Below, piece by piece: positions 36,356-45,828 of a stretch of DNA of 64,000 nucleotides. The notes under the pieces are model-generated. The model saw only the letters and a list, made by a program, of their open reading frames with translations, was not told the origin of the DNA and did no database searches. The stretch is from contig JADGNG010000070.1 of NCBI GenBank assembly GCA_017883585.1, forward strand, positions 10,330 through 74,329. The letters are read 5' to 3'. Positions within the stretch are counted from its first letter, which is position 1. Every line of letters starts with the position of its first letter. Position numbers and translations under genes: made by a program. This stretch comes from Candidatus Bathyarchaeota archaeon. GTDB taxonomy: Archaea > Thermoproteota > Bathyarchaeia > TCS64.

Positions 36356-39217
36356 TTACTTCTTTTTGTCATCCCAGTACTGCCGAGTGCGCATGTACTG
36401 GATTTTTGCCTTAAGCAGGTCCGAGTAGAAGTCCTTGTTCGTGGCGTGCATCCTGCTGAGGACCTGGTAGGCGGTGACTGGACCGACGCCGTGGACGGCG
36501 AGCGCCTCCAGAGCCTTATGCCCGTAGCTGAGGACCAGATCGGCGGTCTTGCGACCGTTTGTGACGGTGTCCATCTCCTCGGGGAGGAGCTGCACCCCTA
36601 CCTTCATGCGGTTGAAGAGGGACTGGAAGTGGAATGGGTCCTCGTATCGGCGGAGGACGGCGAGCAGGCCGGAGCCGCAGCGGGGGCAGGTGGGGCGTTC
36701 TGGGAGGTCACGTATCCTCACCTCCTCGTGCCACTCGTTGCAGTTCATGCAGCTCAGCTTCACCTCGCGGGCGAGGACACTTTTCTGCATGTACTCGAGC
36801 TGGTCGGGAATAGCCATGCTCGAGTCCATGAGATCCTCAAGGTCAGCGTACGCCTCAAGTATGTGACGGGCAAGTGGGCTCGGCTCCCTCGCCGAGACAT
36901 AGCTAAGCTTGACGGCACCAGAGGATATTCGGGTGGCAATTTCCTTCACGGACCATAGGTCGAGCTTCTCCCTGTAGACCTCACGGAGGGACTCCTTGTA
37001 GATGGGGCTGTTCCTGTACCTGCGGTAGAGCCGGTTAAGCTCCGAAGAGCCCATCGTTTTTCCCCGTGGGATGGCTCCGAAGCGCTCGGCAATGAACTTC
37101 ATGTTGTAGGCATAGGGAAAACGTGACTCCATGTACTCGGTGAGCCTCTTCTCCGCCTCCTCCGGGGTGAGGGCCTTCAGGACGTTCAGGATGTCGTCGA
37201 CGTCGTATTTCGTTGCCTTCTGGGGGGTCTCGATGAGGATGCGGTAGGCGTCGCTCCACCAGCCGAGTATGAGGTCGCGCTCGCTCAGGGCGGCGTCGAG
37301 GACGCAGCCGAGGGTCGTGTTGACCTTGCTCCCGTAGGCGGTGTGGATGACGATGTAGCGCTCGTATGCCTCGAGGAGTATGAGATCCTTCGTGGGGATT
37401 GGGAAGCCGTGCTTTAGCTGGTCGTCGACCTCCTTCGCCGCGATGCCTATGGTAGCTAATGGGACCTTGAGCTCCTTGGACAGCTCCTCGACTGTCGCAT
37501 CGAGGCCCTCCGCCTTGATGCTCTCGGCTATCCTCTCCCTGAGGCCCCCCACTTCTTCAGCGATGTCCTTGGTGACGCCGATGAGTTCCCCGTCCCAACC
37601 GGGGATGGCGCCGAGGGGGTCATCACTGGGGAGGACGAATAAGCGCCCCTCATCCTCATCGATCTGCAGAATCTTCCAAACCTTGCCCTTGAGTATGACG
37701 TTGAGACCTACACGTGCACGGAGCGTCCAGAACTCGTCGCCAACCGTGCCGATGACCTTGTCGGTGACGACGTTGATGAAGGGGTAGCGCCTCTCGTCGT
37801 TGATCATACCGAGGTTCTCGAAGTAGTATCTCTGACCCTTCTTCGTCTTCTCCCGTTTACCTCCTCTCCTGTTAACTATCCTGATGGCGTTTAGGAAGCC
37901 GACGACGTCGTCGAAGTCTTCATGGCTTAAGGTCTTGAAGCAACTTGCGCCACTATGGATAAGAGAAAAAATTTTTTCGGTGTCGACCTCGCCGTTGTCG
38001 AGTGTCATGCCGGTTATCTGGTGGGCGAGGACGTCGAGGGGGTTCTTGTGGGGGATAGTGGGCTCTATCTCGTTCACCTTCGCCTTCCGGGCTGTGACCA
38101 TCGACTCCAGCGCGTCCTCCCCGTAGGCGGTGATCAGGATTCCCTGTGAGAGTTTGCTTAGCTTATGGCCGGCTCGGCCCACACGCTGTATAAGTGTTGA
38201 GACCTGTCGAGGACTGTTGTACTGGATGGTGAGGTCGACGTTGCCAACATCTATGCCGAGCTGTAAGGTGGAGGTAGCGACTATCGCCTTCAGCTCTCCT
38301 GCCTTGAACTTGTCCTCGACTATGTGGCGCTGCTCCCGGCTAAGGCTCCCGTGGTGGACCTCTATGCCGGGGTCTAGCTTTCCCAGCTTATGGCCGAGGC
38401 TCTCCGCCTGACCCCTGCCTTGGACGAAGATGAGGGTCGAGTTGTGGGCACGGACGAGGTCTCTGATAGCGCGAAGGCGGGAGGCTGCGACGGGTGTCGT
38501 GTTCAGGTCGCTACCAATGTCGAAATCCTCGTCCCGTAGCTCGGGGAACTCGACGTCGTAAACGTAGTCCTTGTCGACGGTGACCTCGACGATCTTTATT
38601 GGGTTGGAGCCGGCTAAAAAGGCGGCTATTGTCTCAGGGTTGCCCACAGTAGCGGAGAGACCTATCCTCTGCGGGGGCCTAGCCGCGACCTCGTCTAAGC
38701 GCGCTAAGCCAACTGTGAGCTGCGCCCCCCGTTTCGAGGCGGCGAGATCGTGAATCTCGTCGATAATAACCCACTTGACGGAGGTGAGGTGCCTTCTCAT
38801 GTCCTTCGTAGGGAGGATCGCTTGAAGCGTCTCGGGGGTGGTGATAAGCATCTGCGGCGGCTTCCTGAGCTGACTCCGCCTCTGCTTCTGCGTCGTGTCG
38901 CTATGGCGCACCTGCACGTCTATCCCGAGATGCTCCGCCCACGCCATCATGCGCTTGTCGATGTCTCGGTTCAGCGCCCTGAGGGGGGTAATGTAGATGA
39001 TGTTGATCCCTGTCTTGTCCCCCTCGCGGAGGTAAGAGTCGAAGATGGGTAGTATCGCGGCCTCGGTCTTCCCGCTCGCCGTGGGTGCGATAAGGAGGAC
39101 GTTCTCCCCAGCCAGGATCAGGGGAATCACTTTTTCCTGAGGAGGCGTCGGTTTCAACATACTGAACTCGGCTAGAGCATCCCGCAGCCGGGAGTTGAGC
39201 AGGTCGAAGACCGACAT
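36356..39217 (-). CDS. lhr: Lhr-type large ATP-dependent DEAD/DEAH-box helicase
   Basis: 953 aa. Motif I APTASGKTEA, motif II IIDEIHD, SAT, helicase C QRVGRAGH, then the Lhr-like winged-helix/domain 4 region and a C-terminal CxxC...CPRC zinc ribbon. Confidence 0.9.
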   Translation of the reverse strand: MSVFDLLNSRLRDALAEFSMLKPTPPQEKVIPLILAGENVLLIAPTASGKTEAAILPIFDSYLREGDKTGINIIYITPLRALNRDIDKRMMAWAEHLGIDVQVRHSDTTQKQRRSQLRKPPQMLITTPETLQAILPTKDMRRHLTSVKWVIIDEIHDLAASKRGAQLTVGLARLDEVAARPPQRIGLSATVGNPETIAAFLAGSNPIKIVEVTVDKDYVYDVEFPELRDEDFDIGSDLNTTPVAASRLRAIRDLVRAHNSTLIFVQGRGQAESLGHKLGKLDPGIEVHHGSLSREQRHIVEDKFKAGELKAIVATSTLQLGIDVGNVDLTIQYNSPRQVSTLIQRVGRAGHKLSKLSQGILITAYGEDALESMVTARKAKVNEIEPTIPHKNPLDVLAHQITGMTLDNGEVDTEKIFSLIHSGASCFKTLSHEDFDDVVGFLNAIRIVNRRGGKREKTKKGQRYYFENLGMINDERRYPFINVVTDKVIGTVGDEFWTLRARVGLNVILKGKVWKILQIDEDEGRLFVLPSDDPLGAIPGWDGELIGVTKDIAEEVGGLRERIAESIKAEGLDATVEELSKELKVPLATIGIAAKEVDDQLKHGFPIPTKDLILLEAYERYIVIHTAYGSKVNTTLGCVLDAALSERDLILGWWSDAYRILIETPQKATKYDVDDILNVLKALTPEEAEKRLTEYMESRFPYAYNMKFIAERFGAIPRGKTMGSSELNRLYRRYRNSPIYKESLREVYREKLDLWSVKEIATRISSGAVKLSYVSAREPSPLARHILEAYADLEDLMDSSMAIPDQLEYMQKSVLAREVKLSCMNCNEWHEEVRIRDLPERPTCPRCGSGLLAVLRRYEDPFHFQSLFNRMKVGVQLLPEEMDTVTNGRKTADLVLSYGHKALEALAVHGVGPVTAYQVLSRMHATNKDFYSDLLKAKIQYMRTRQYWDDKKK

Positions 39218-39287
39218 CTAGAAGGAACTCGAAAAGGTCGCTTAAAACGTGTCCTAATGAAGAAAATGGGGGCTGGTGAAAGTGAGC

Positions 39288-41174
39288 TTAGCGGTACTTC
39301 GCAACCGACTTCTCTAGGAAGCCGAGGTCAAGCCTCTCGAGGGTCTCCTTCCTAGGGATGCCTCTCTCGTCCCAGCCGAGGGTCTCGAAGTACGTCTGCA
39401 TCCTCAGGTCCACCCTCTCCCTGTCAGTGGTCTTACCCTTGAATGGCCCAGAGGGTAGTGGCTCGTAGTACCTCGGCGGGTTAACATCGTCCTTGATCGG
39501 CTCCCACGTAAGGTCGGGTCCACCCATTAGGAGGAACGCCTTCTGCAATGTGGTTATCCTCGGGCCGTTGACCTTCCTCCAGCTCGTGACGGTGATGGGG
39601 AATCCCGTGACGGCTTTCGCGAAGTCGAACTGCAGGGCAAGGTTGGGCCCTCGGGCGGTGAAGCTGCAGTAGACCGCGCAGTCGAAGTAGAGGTTCCCTG
39701 TCATGTCGTTGTAGCCGTCGGTCACATTGGCGGTGTGGTCGCCGCCTTGAACACTCGCGGCGTAGGTCATATCATGGGTGTAGTCGGCGTCGCTCCGGGT
39801 CCCGTGGGCACCAATCTCGATGCCCTTGACGTGGACGACGTACTTGAGGACCTCATCTTTTGGGAGTCCCTTCATCTCCGCGATCTTGATCGCGGCGCGG
39901 TAGCTGCCTTCAGCGAGGATGTCACCGATACCCTGCCGGTAGGCCATCATGCGCGTCAGTTTGTCGAACGCCTCGACGTCACCCCATTCGAGCTTGAAGC
40001 CTATATCCTCCTTGGTCAGTATGCCGCGCTGGTAGAGTTCGGCGGCGAAGCCGACGGTGTTTGCTCCGTTGATGCCGCTGTGCCCCAGCTTGTCCATCAG
40101 GGTGCTGAGGTGGATGTTGTCACCGGCGTCGTATATTCCGAAGTTGGTGCCGCAGTAGGCCTGTAGCTCGTAGTCAGGGACGTCGGTGATGTCGCCTTTC
40201 CACTTCCCCGACTTTATGCAACTGACCTTCATGCAGTTGGTTGTGCAGTTGAAGTCAGCCCACTTGACCTTGACCCAGTATCGGTCCATGTAGCGGTTAA
40301 CGCCGAGCTGCTTCTCGTCGTGCCACTCCTCTTGCCAGTTCCTGATGGGCTCACTGCTAGTGCCTGCTCCTGCACCGTAGGCCATAGCGCCGGTTCCCCA
40401 CCTACGCATCGGGGATACGGCGATGAGATCAGCGTGGACCTTCCTCCATAGTACCTTGACGGCCTCAGGGGCGTCGACGGCTGGGAACTTACCCCTGCTC
40501 TTGACGGCGATGGCCTTGAGGTTCTTGCTGCCCATGAGAGCGCCGTAGCCGCCGTAGCCACAGGCGTGGCAGATCTTCGTGCAGACTGCCGAGTTGCGCA
40601 CCATGTTTTCCCCAGCGGGGCCGATGTACATCGAAGCGGGCTCCTTCCAGAGGCCGACGCTTGGCATCTTCTTCGCGAGTGTGTCTCTGACCTCCTTGTT
40701 GAGCTTGATGACAGTCTCCTCGGAGTCGAGGCCCCAGAGGTGCTTGGCGTCCACGAGCTCGACCGAATCGTCCGTGATTAGCAGGTAGGCGGGGGTCTCC
40801 GACTTGCCGGTGAAGATTATGCCATCGTAGCCCGCATCCTTCAGCTCCACAGCGGTCTCAGTCGCCGCGGTGCTGCCTATGACGCTGTTGTTCGCGGGGC
40901 TCTTGCCGCTCACGCAGATGCGTGCGCCGGGGTAGATTCCGGTCATTGGCCCAGTAGCCACTATGAGGGGGTTCTCGGGGGCGAGGGAGTCCAGTTCGCT
41001 CCACTTCTCGCCGACCCTGTCCCAGAGTATCTTCGCCGCCATCCCCCTGCCGCCTAGGTATTGCTCCAGCATGCTGCGCGGGAACGTGATCTTCTCGAAG
41101 CTGCGCTTGGTGAGGTCTATGTCGAGCCACTTGCCGGCGTATCCACCTGGGATGCTGTCGTTATTTCCGCTCAT
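39288..41174 (-). CDS. aor: aldehyde:ferredoxin oxidoreductase family tungstoenzyme
   Basis: 628 aa. N-terminal AOR_N (YAGKWLDIDLT...GGRGMAAKIL), plus pterin/4Fe-4S ligand regions (CxxxC...C context CHACGYGGYG) typical of the AOR family. Confidence 0.9.
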   Translation of the reverse strand: MSGNNDSIPGGYAGKWLDIDLTKRSFEKITFPRSMLEQYLGGRGMAAKILWDRVGEKWSELDSLAPENPLIVATGPMTGIYPGARICVSGKSPANNSVIGSTAATETAVELKDAGYDGIIFTGKSETPAYLLITDDSVELVDAKHLWGLDSEETVIKLNKEVRDTLAKKMPSVGLWKEPASMYIGPAGENMVRNSAVCTKICHACGYGGYGALMGSKNLKAIAVKSRGKFPAVDAPEAVKVLWRKVHADLIAVSPMRRWGTGAMAYGAGAGTSSEPIRNWQEEWHDEKQLGVNRYMDRYWVKVKWADFNCTTNCMKVSCIKSGKWKGDITDVPDYELQAYCGTNFGIYDAGDNIHLSTLMDKLGHSGINGANTVGFAAELYQRGILTKEDIGFKLEWGDVEAFDKLTRMMAYRQGIGDILAEGSYRAAIKIAEMKGLPKDEVLKYVVHVKGIEIGAHGTRSDADYTHDMTYAASVQGGDHTANVTDGYNDMTGNLYFDCAVYCSFTARGPNLALQFDFAKAVTGFPITVTSWRKVNGPRITTLQKAFLLMGGPDLTWEPIKDDVNPPRYYEPLPSGPFKGKTTDRERVDLRMQTYFETLGWDERGIPRKETLERLDLGFLEKSVAKYR

Positions 41175-41695
41175 TTGATTACCTCCTCGCCCTTCTCCCC
41201 GAACATCTTCACGGCAAGATCTTTCGCAGTGTCGTAGGGATTCCTACTGTATATCTTCCTGTGGACGTTGGGGGGCTCGTTGACAATTGTCAGGCAATTG
41301 TAGCCCGCTTCCGTGCAGACCTCGACGCACTTGGGATCACCGTTACATAGGTCGCAGATGGTGGCCTTTTTGTCCCCGGGGTGGAGGTAAGGCACCGTGC
41401 CGGGGCACGCCCTGATGCATGCCCCGCAGCTGATGCACTTTGCACGGTCGACTATGACCGCTTCTGTGTTAGGGTCCTTCGAGAGAGCCTGCACCGGGCA
41501 GGAGGCTATGCAGGGGTAGTCCATGCACTGTGCGCAGAGGTGTGGCACCTCGACGCTGGGGAACGGCATGAAGACGCGCACCCTCGAGGCGTCGGGCCAC
41601 ATCCACCCCTCATGTTCGATGCTACAGGCAAGCTCGCAACGCCTGCAGCCTGAACATTGGGAGGGGTCACGGGCGATCCATATCGGTTTCGGCAT
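41171..41695 (-). CDS. 4Fe-4S dicluster (polyferredoxin-like) protein coupled to AOR
   Basis: Cys clusters CSGCRRCELAC, CAQCMDYPC, CISCGACIRAC and CDLCNGDPKC. It overlaps the aor start by 4 nt. Confidence 0.85.
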   Translation of the reverse strand: MPKPIWIARDPSQCSGCRRCELACSIEHEGWMWPDASRVRVFMPFPSVEVPHLCAQCMDYPCIASCPVQALSKDPNTEAVIVDRAKCISCGACIRACPGTVPYLHPGDKKATICDLCNGDPKCVEVCTEAGYNCLTIVNEPPNVHRKIYSRNPYDTAKDLAVKMFGEKGEEVIK

Positions 41696-41755
41696 ACGGT
41701 TTCACCGGAATTACATGTACCGCGTGACCGCCCCGAATAAGATTGTTGGTCGGGG

Positions 41756-42727
41756 CTACATGTGTCGTGCCGTGAAGAAAGCGACGAGATCCAGCCCATT
41801 TCGGATCTTCTTTTCCTTGATGTAGTAGGTGAGGGCGGCAAGAGAAGCGCAGGAGGCGGGTAGGACCGCTAGACCCTCCTCGTAGGCGACCATCTCCGAA
41901 TACCTAACCATCTCACCGTCGGTGACATGGGCGGCCCAGCCTCCGCTCTCCCAGAGTGCGTCGAGGGCCTCCTGTCCGTCGAGGCTCATCCAGTTGACTA
42001 GTGGCTCATTTATCACCGTCTCGTCTATCCCGTCGGGTCGTAGGTTCTCGATCTGACTCTTCCCCGCGAGGAAGCTGGAGACGATCGGGTTCCCCCCACT
42101 TGTGCTCGCGGCTATGACGGCGGTATTCTTCTTCGTCTTACCGGTCTTTCTTAGGCTCTGGAAACCGAAGTTTATCCCGGCTAGGGTCGTGCCGTTGCTC
42201 GTTGGTACTGCCACTGCGTCGGGGGCTCGTCCCATCCGCTCCACAATCTCGTAAGCGATTGTCGCATACGACTCGATGGAGGCTGCCCTGTTCTCGGGTG
42301 TGCCCGGGTTGGCGTTGTACCAACCTCGACTATTCGCCTCGATGCCGGAAGACTTGACCACCTCCTCATAGGTGCCCGGAGCCCTGTGGATAACGCCACC
42401 CTGTCTTTCCATCTCAGCAATCCGTGACGTGTGGTACTTCTCCGGAATGTAGACGTGCGTGGTGATTCCGAAGATACGGGAGAGATGAACGAAGCTCGCC
42501 CCGAAGTTACCGCAGGAGGCTATCGCCAGCTCCTTGTAGCCCAGTTCCTTCGCCAACCTGAGACACGCGTAGGCGGCACGATCCTTCATGGTCCCTGTCG
42601 GGTTCCCCCCCTCAAATTTCAAGTAAACGTTGCTAAATCCAAGCAACTGTTCGAGATTGCGGGAACGTGTGAATATCGTGTCGCCAATCCCGTGGCTGAT
42701 TAATTCTCCTTGCAACATTGCCGTCAA
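41756..42727 (-). CDS. PLP-dependent enzyme, tryptophan synthase beta/threonine synthase-like fold (type II)
   Basis: The PLP-lysine context FEGGNPTGTMKDRAA followed by ASCGNFGAS is characteristic of the PALP family. 323 aa. Confidence 0.75.
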   Translation of the reverse strand: MTAMLQGELISHGIGDTIFTRSRNLEQLLGFSNVYLKFEGGNPTGTMKDRAAYACLRLAKELGYKELAIASCGNFGASFVHLSRIFGITTHVYIPEKYHTSRIAEMERQGGVIHRAPGTYEEVVKSSGIEANSRGWYNANPGTPENRAASIESYATIAYEIVERMGRAPDAVAVPTSNGTTLAGINFGFQSLRKTGKTKKNTAVIAASTSGGNPIVSSFLAGKSQIENLRPDGIDETVINEPLVNWMSLDGQEALDALWESGGWAAHVTDGEMVRYSEMVAYEEGLAVLPASCASLAALTYYIKEKKIRNGLDLVAFFTARHM

Positions 42728-42806
42728 GATCTGAGTCTAACCTGATAGTAAGCAATAATAAGTAGCATTAATGATTATCGACTCTGGATAGAAAGTCCAC
42801 GCAGGT

Positions 42807-44174
42807 ATGTGTATAGTGTCTAGCCTCTCTGTGGAAGCGAGACAGATCGAGACGGGTTATGAAATAAATCTCCGCGGGTCGCGGTATGTCGTAAAATATC
42901 CGAACGGCTTCTGGAAGAACTACCCCCAGGAGGCGAAGGATGTCCTCTTCGACAACCTCGTATACGCCGAGACCGTCCACCTCCCCCTGACCCTGAGGAA
43001 GAGCGAGCTGAGGTACAACACCTCCGCCCCCTTCTTCCAGACCCAGTTCTTCCAGAACCTACTGATGGACCTGCCGAGCTGCGCAGACGTAGACGGGACC
43101 AGAACATCGGAACTCATCAAGGAGTTCATGAACCTGAAGATCAAGTTCAACGACTACGATGTTAAGTTCCCGACCTACAAGCAGCCGAGCAGGGACGACA
43201 GCAGTGTCGTCGCCCTCAGCTTCGGTAAGGACAGCCTACTAACCTGGGCTGTCTGCCGTGAGCTCGGCCTCAATCCCCAGGCGGCCTACGTCGTTGAGCC
43301 CCTCCTCCTCTACGAAGAGAAGCACAAGGACGTGCTCGCCAAGGAGTTCGAGAGCGAGTTCAAGGTTAAGCTGAATAAGATAATCCACACGACTGGCCAT
43401 CTGCGCGACGGCATACGCCTCGGCGTGGGCAAGACGGAGATCGGCTGGGGCCTCCAGAACACCCAGTACGCCATGATGCTGCTCCCCATCGCCAACACGT
43501 TCCAGGCGAAGTACATACTCTTCGGCAACGAACAGAGCTGTAGCGAGTACTACTACGATAAGGAGGGCTTCATCTGCTACCCCGCCTTCGACCAGAGCCA
43601 TAAGTGGACCATAAATATCGACCTCATCACGCGCCTCCTAACAAATGGCGGCGTCCGAACGATGAGCGTCATCGAACCACTCAACGACATAGCTGTGGTT
43701 TACGCCCTATACAAGAGGTACCCTGAGGTCGCGAAGTACCACATGAGCTGCTTCGTAGAGACCGAGGCCGGTCGCGACACCAGGTGGTGCATGAGCTGCA
43801 GCGTCTGCAGCAAGATGTACCTCCTCATCAAGGCGTGCGGCTTCGACCCCAAGACGGTTGGGCTCACGAAGAACATGCTCACAGAGGACTGCAAGGAATA
43901 CTTCAGCCTCTTCGGTGGAAGCGACGTCAACACCTACGCCCTCACTGGCAGGGGCCGCGACGAGCAGCTATTCGCATTCTACCTCGCGTGGAAGAACGGT
44001 GACAGGAGTCCCCTCACGATGGAGTTTGAGCAGAGGTTCCTCGACGAGGCGAAGGGCAGGGAGGACGAGCTCTACAAGCTCTTCTTCGGCGTCCATGAGG
44101 CAATCACGATGCCGGAGAAGATCAAGAACGAGACCCTCAGCATATACAAGGAGGTCCTTTCGGACGTCCCCTAG
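42807..44174 (+). CDS. PP-loop (N-type ATP pyrophosphatase / adenine nucleotide alpha-hydrolase) superfamily protein with novel N-terminal domain
   Basis: 455 aa. VVALSFGKDSLL matches the SGGxDS PP-loop. A downstream Cys cluster is CFVETEAGRDTRWCMSCSVC. The first 130 aa or so have no motif I recognise. Confidence 0.6.
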   Translation: MCIVSSLSVEARQIETGYEINLRGSRYVVKYPNGFWKNYPQEAKDVLFDNLVYAETVHLPLTLRKSELRYNTSAPFFQTQFFQNLLMDLPSCADVDGTRTSELIKEFMNLKIKFNDYDVKFPTYKQPSRDDSSVVALSFGKDSLLTWAVCRELGLNPQAAYVVEPLLLYEEKHKDVLAKEFESEFKVKLNKIIHTTGHLRDGIRLGVGKTEIGWGLQNTQYAMMLLPIANTFQAKYILFGNEQSCSEYYYDKEGFICYPAFDQSHKWTINIDLITRLLTNGGVRTMSVIEPLNDIAVVYALYKRYPEVAKYHMSCFVETEAGRDTRWCMSCSVCSKMYLLIKACGFDPKTVGLTKNMLTEDCKEYFSLFGGSDVNTYALTGRGRDEQLFAFYLAWKNGDRSPLTMEFEQRFLDEAKGREDELYKLFFGVHEAITMPEKIKNETLSIYKEVLSDVP

Positions 44175-45183
44175 CCGCAGGAAGCTGAGAATCGCCTTTT
44201 GTTGTAACACTCGCCACGACAAGGGGGAGTTCCAGGTCGAGTACGAGCCGGAGCACACCATAGCGCTAGTTAAGCACGCCATCGAGGCTGCCGGCTGGGA
44301 GTACATCCAGATCGAGGCCGACGAGACATGCTTTGAGACACTCCGCCGGGAAAGGCCGGACCTCGTCCTAAACAGGGCAGAGGGCGTCCGTGGCGAGAGC
44401 AGGGAGAGCCAGATTCCCGCGTTCTGCGAGATGCTCGGCATCCCCTACTCGGGGGCGGGCATCATGGCGACTGCCATCTGCCTCGACAAGCCCACGACGA
44501 AGAAGGTGCTAGAGTGGCACGGCATCAAGACCGCACCATTCACCGTACTCTTCGAGAAGAGCGACCCCGTAGACCCCAAGCTCAGGTACCCGCTCATTCT
44601 CAAGCCGAGCCACGAGGGCAGCAGCATAGGTATAAATATCGACAATGTCGTCCACGGCGATAAGCAGCTCCGCCGGAAGCTCAAGGAGATGCTTGGAGTC
44701 TACAAGCAGGGCATACTCGCAGAGGAGTTCATCGACGGCCGCGAGTTCAGCGTCGGCGTCGTCGGCAACTTCATCGGCGAGGAGAAGCCACGCATCCTCT
44801 CCATCTTCGAGATGGACTTCAGTAAGTTCGCCACGGAGCTCGGCACCGTCCTCGGCCAGAAAGCCAAGACAATCTACGACTCCTCCGCCAACTATATCTG
44901 CCCAGCCAAGCTCCCAGCGAAGCTCAAGAGGGAGATCGAGGAGACGACACTGAAGGCGGTCAAAGTCCTGCAATGCTACGACTGGGGCCGCCTAGACTAC
45001 AGGTACAACAGCCGCGGCGAGCTCTACTTCCTAGAGATCAATCCACTACCTGGTATCGACTGCGACGCCTCGGTGGACGACTTCAGCTTCTACCCCTTCA
45101 TGTGGTTGCGGGGCGGCTGGAGCTTCGACGACATGATTCGCGAGGTCGTCGGTGCAGGTCTTAAGCGGTACGGAATCAAGTAG
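44095..45183 (+). CDS. D-alanine--D-alanine ligase-like ATP-grasp enzyme (start codon uncertain)
   Basis: The conserved N-terminus RIAFCCN...EYEPEHTIALVKHAIEAAGWEY begins at about 44188. ATP-grasp motifs: LDKPTTKKVL, YPLILKPSHEGSSIGI, AEEFIDGREFSV, YFLEINPLPG. The only canonical in-frame start is ATG 44095, inside the upstream gene. Confidence 0.75.
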   Translation: MRQSRCRRRSRTRPSAYTRRSFRTSPSRRKLRIAFCCNTRHDKGEFQVEYEPEHTIALVKHAIEAAGWEYIQIEADETCFETLRRERPDLVLNRAEGVRGESRESQIPAFCEMLGIPYSGAGIMATAICLDKPTTKKVLEWHGIKTAPFTVLFEKSDPVDPKLRYPLILKPSHEGSSIGINIDNVVHGDKQLRRKLKEMLGVYKQGILAEEFIDGREFSVGVVGNFIGEEKPRILSIFEMDFSKFATELGTVLGQKAKTIYDSSANYICPAKLPAKLKREIEETTLKAVKVLQCYDWGRLDYRYNSRGELYFLEINPLPGIDCDASVDDFSFYPFMWLRGGWSFDDMIREVVGAGLKRYGIK

Positions 45184-45190
45184 CTCCCCT

Positions 45191-45775
45191 ATGGGCGAGG
45201 AGCCACCCTTTTTCGAGGAGGCAGTCAGACGGGTTGAAGAGAGGCTGGGCGGCTTCCTCGGAGAAACCGTCAAAATAAGTATCCACTTGTCCATCGACAG
45301 AAAGCTGATCGATGACGTTCTGGGTATCGACTCACGCAAATTCAGGGAGGAACTATGGTACACCACATGGGACCTAATCAAGCGGGGGGAGAAGGAAGGG
45401 TTTACCCTCCTCCTCGTCCGCGCAGGCAAAGAGCCAATCGCCTTCTTCTTTGGCTACGAGGATGCTGACCTTCCCGGGGGCTACTATGGGGACTACATGG
45501 CGAGTCTTAACGAGGGGATGGGGGTTGGCAGTAGCCGCTTCACACTAGTCCACATCTACTGCTACGAGAACGGCTTCACACACTTCAGCTGCCACTCCGA
45601 GGAAGTGGACGAGAGCGGCCGGAAGCTAAGGGAGTGGTACAAGGCGAGGGGGATGGGCCTCGTCAAGACCACTCCCGAGGAGGGTGATCTACTCAGGGTC
45701 GAGTTGACCTCGGGGCACATGAATTGGATGTACCACCACTACATCCTCGGGGACAAGCAATACAAGCGCGTTTAG
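45191..45775 (+). CDS. GNAT-like acyltransferase-fold protein (tentative)
   Basis: ATG 7 nt after the ATP-grasp stop. GKEPIAFFFGYE...YMASLNEGMGVGSSRFTL...KLREWYKARGM resembles a GNAT beta4-alpha3 acyl-CoA-binding region. An alternative GTG start lies at 45152. Confidence 0.45.
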   Translation: MGEEPPFFEEAVRRVEERLGGFLGETVKISIHLSIDRKLIDDVLGIDSRKFREELWYTTWDLIKRGEKEGFTLLLVRAGKEPIAFFFGYEDADLPGGYYGDYMASLNEGMGVGSSRFTLVHIYCYENGFTHFSCHSEEVDESGRKLREWYKARGMGLVKTTPEEGDLLRVELTSGHMNWMYHHYILGDKQYKRV

Positions 45776-45828
45776 GCCAGTAAATTTAACCGAAACAAGG
45801 CTTTTAACCGGATCAGCCCCTCAGCCCC

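Noticed and set aside
43858-44094. Long N-terminal extension of the ATP-grasp ORF as given in the track (start 43858)
   Set aside because: The extra 110 codons or so are Arg/Ser/Thr-rich low complexity encoded out of frame inside the well-supported PP-loop gene. The conserved Ddl-like N-terminus starts only at about 44188.
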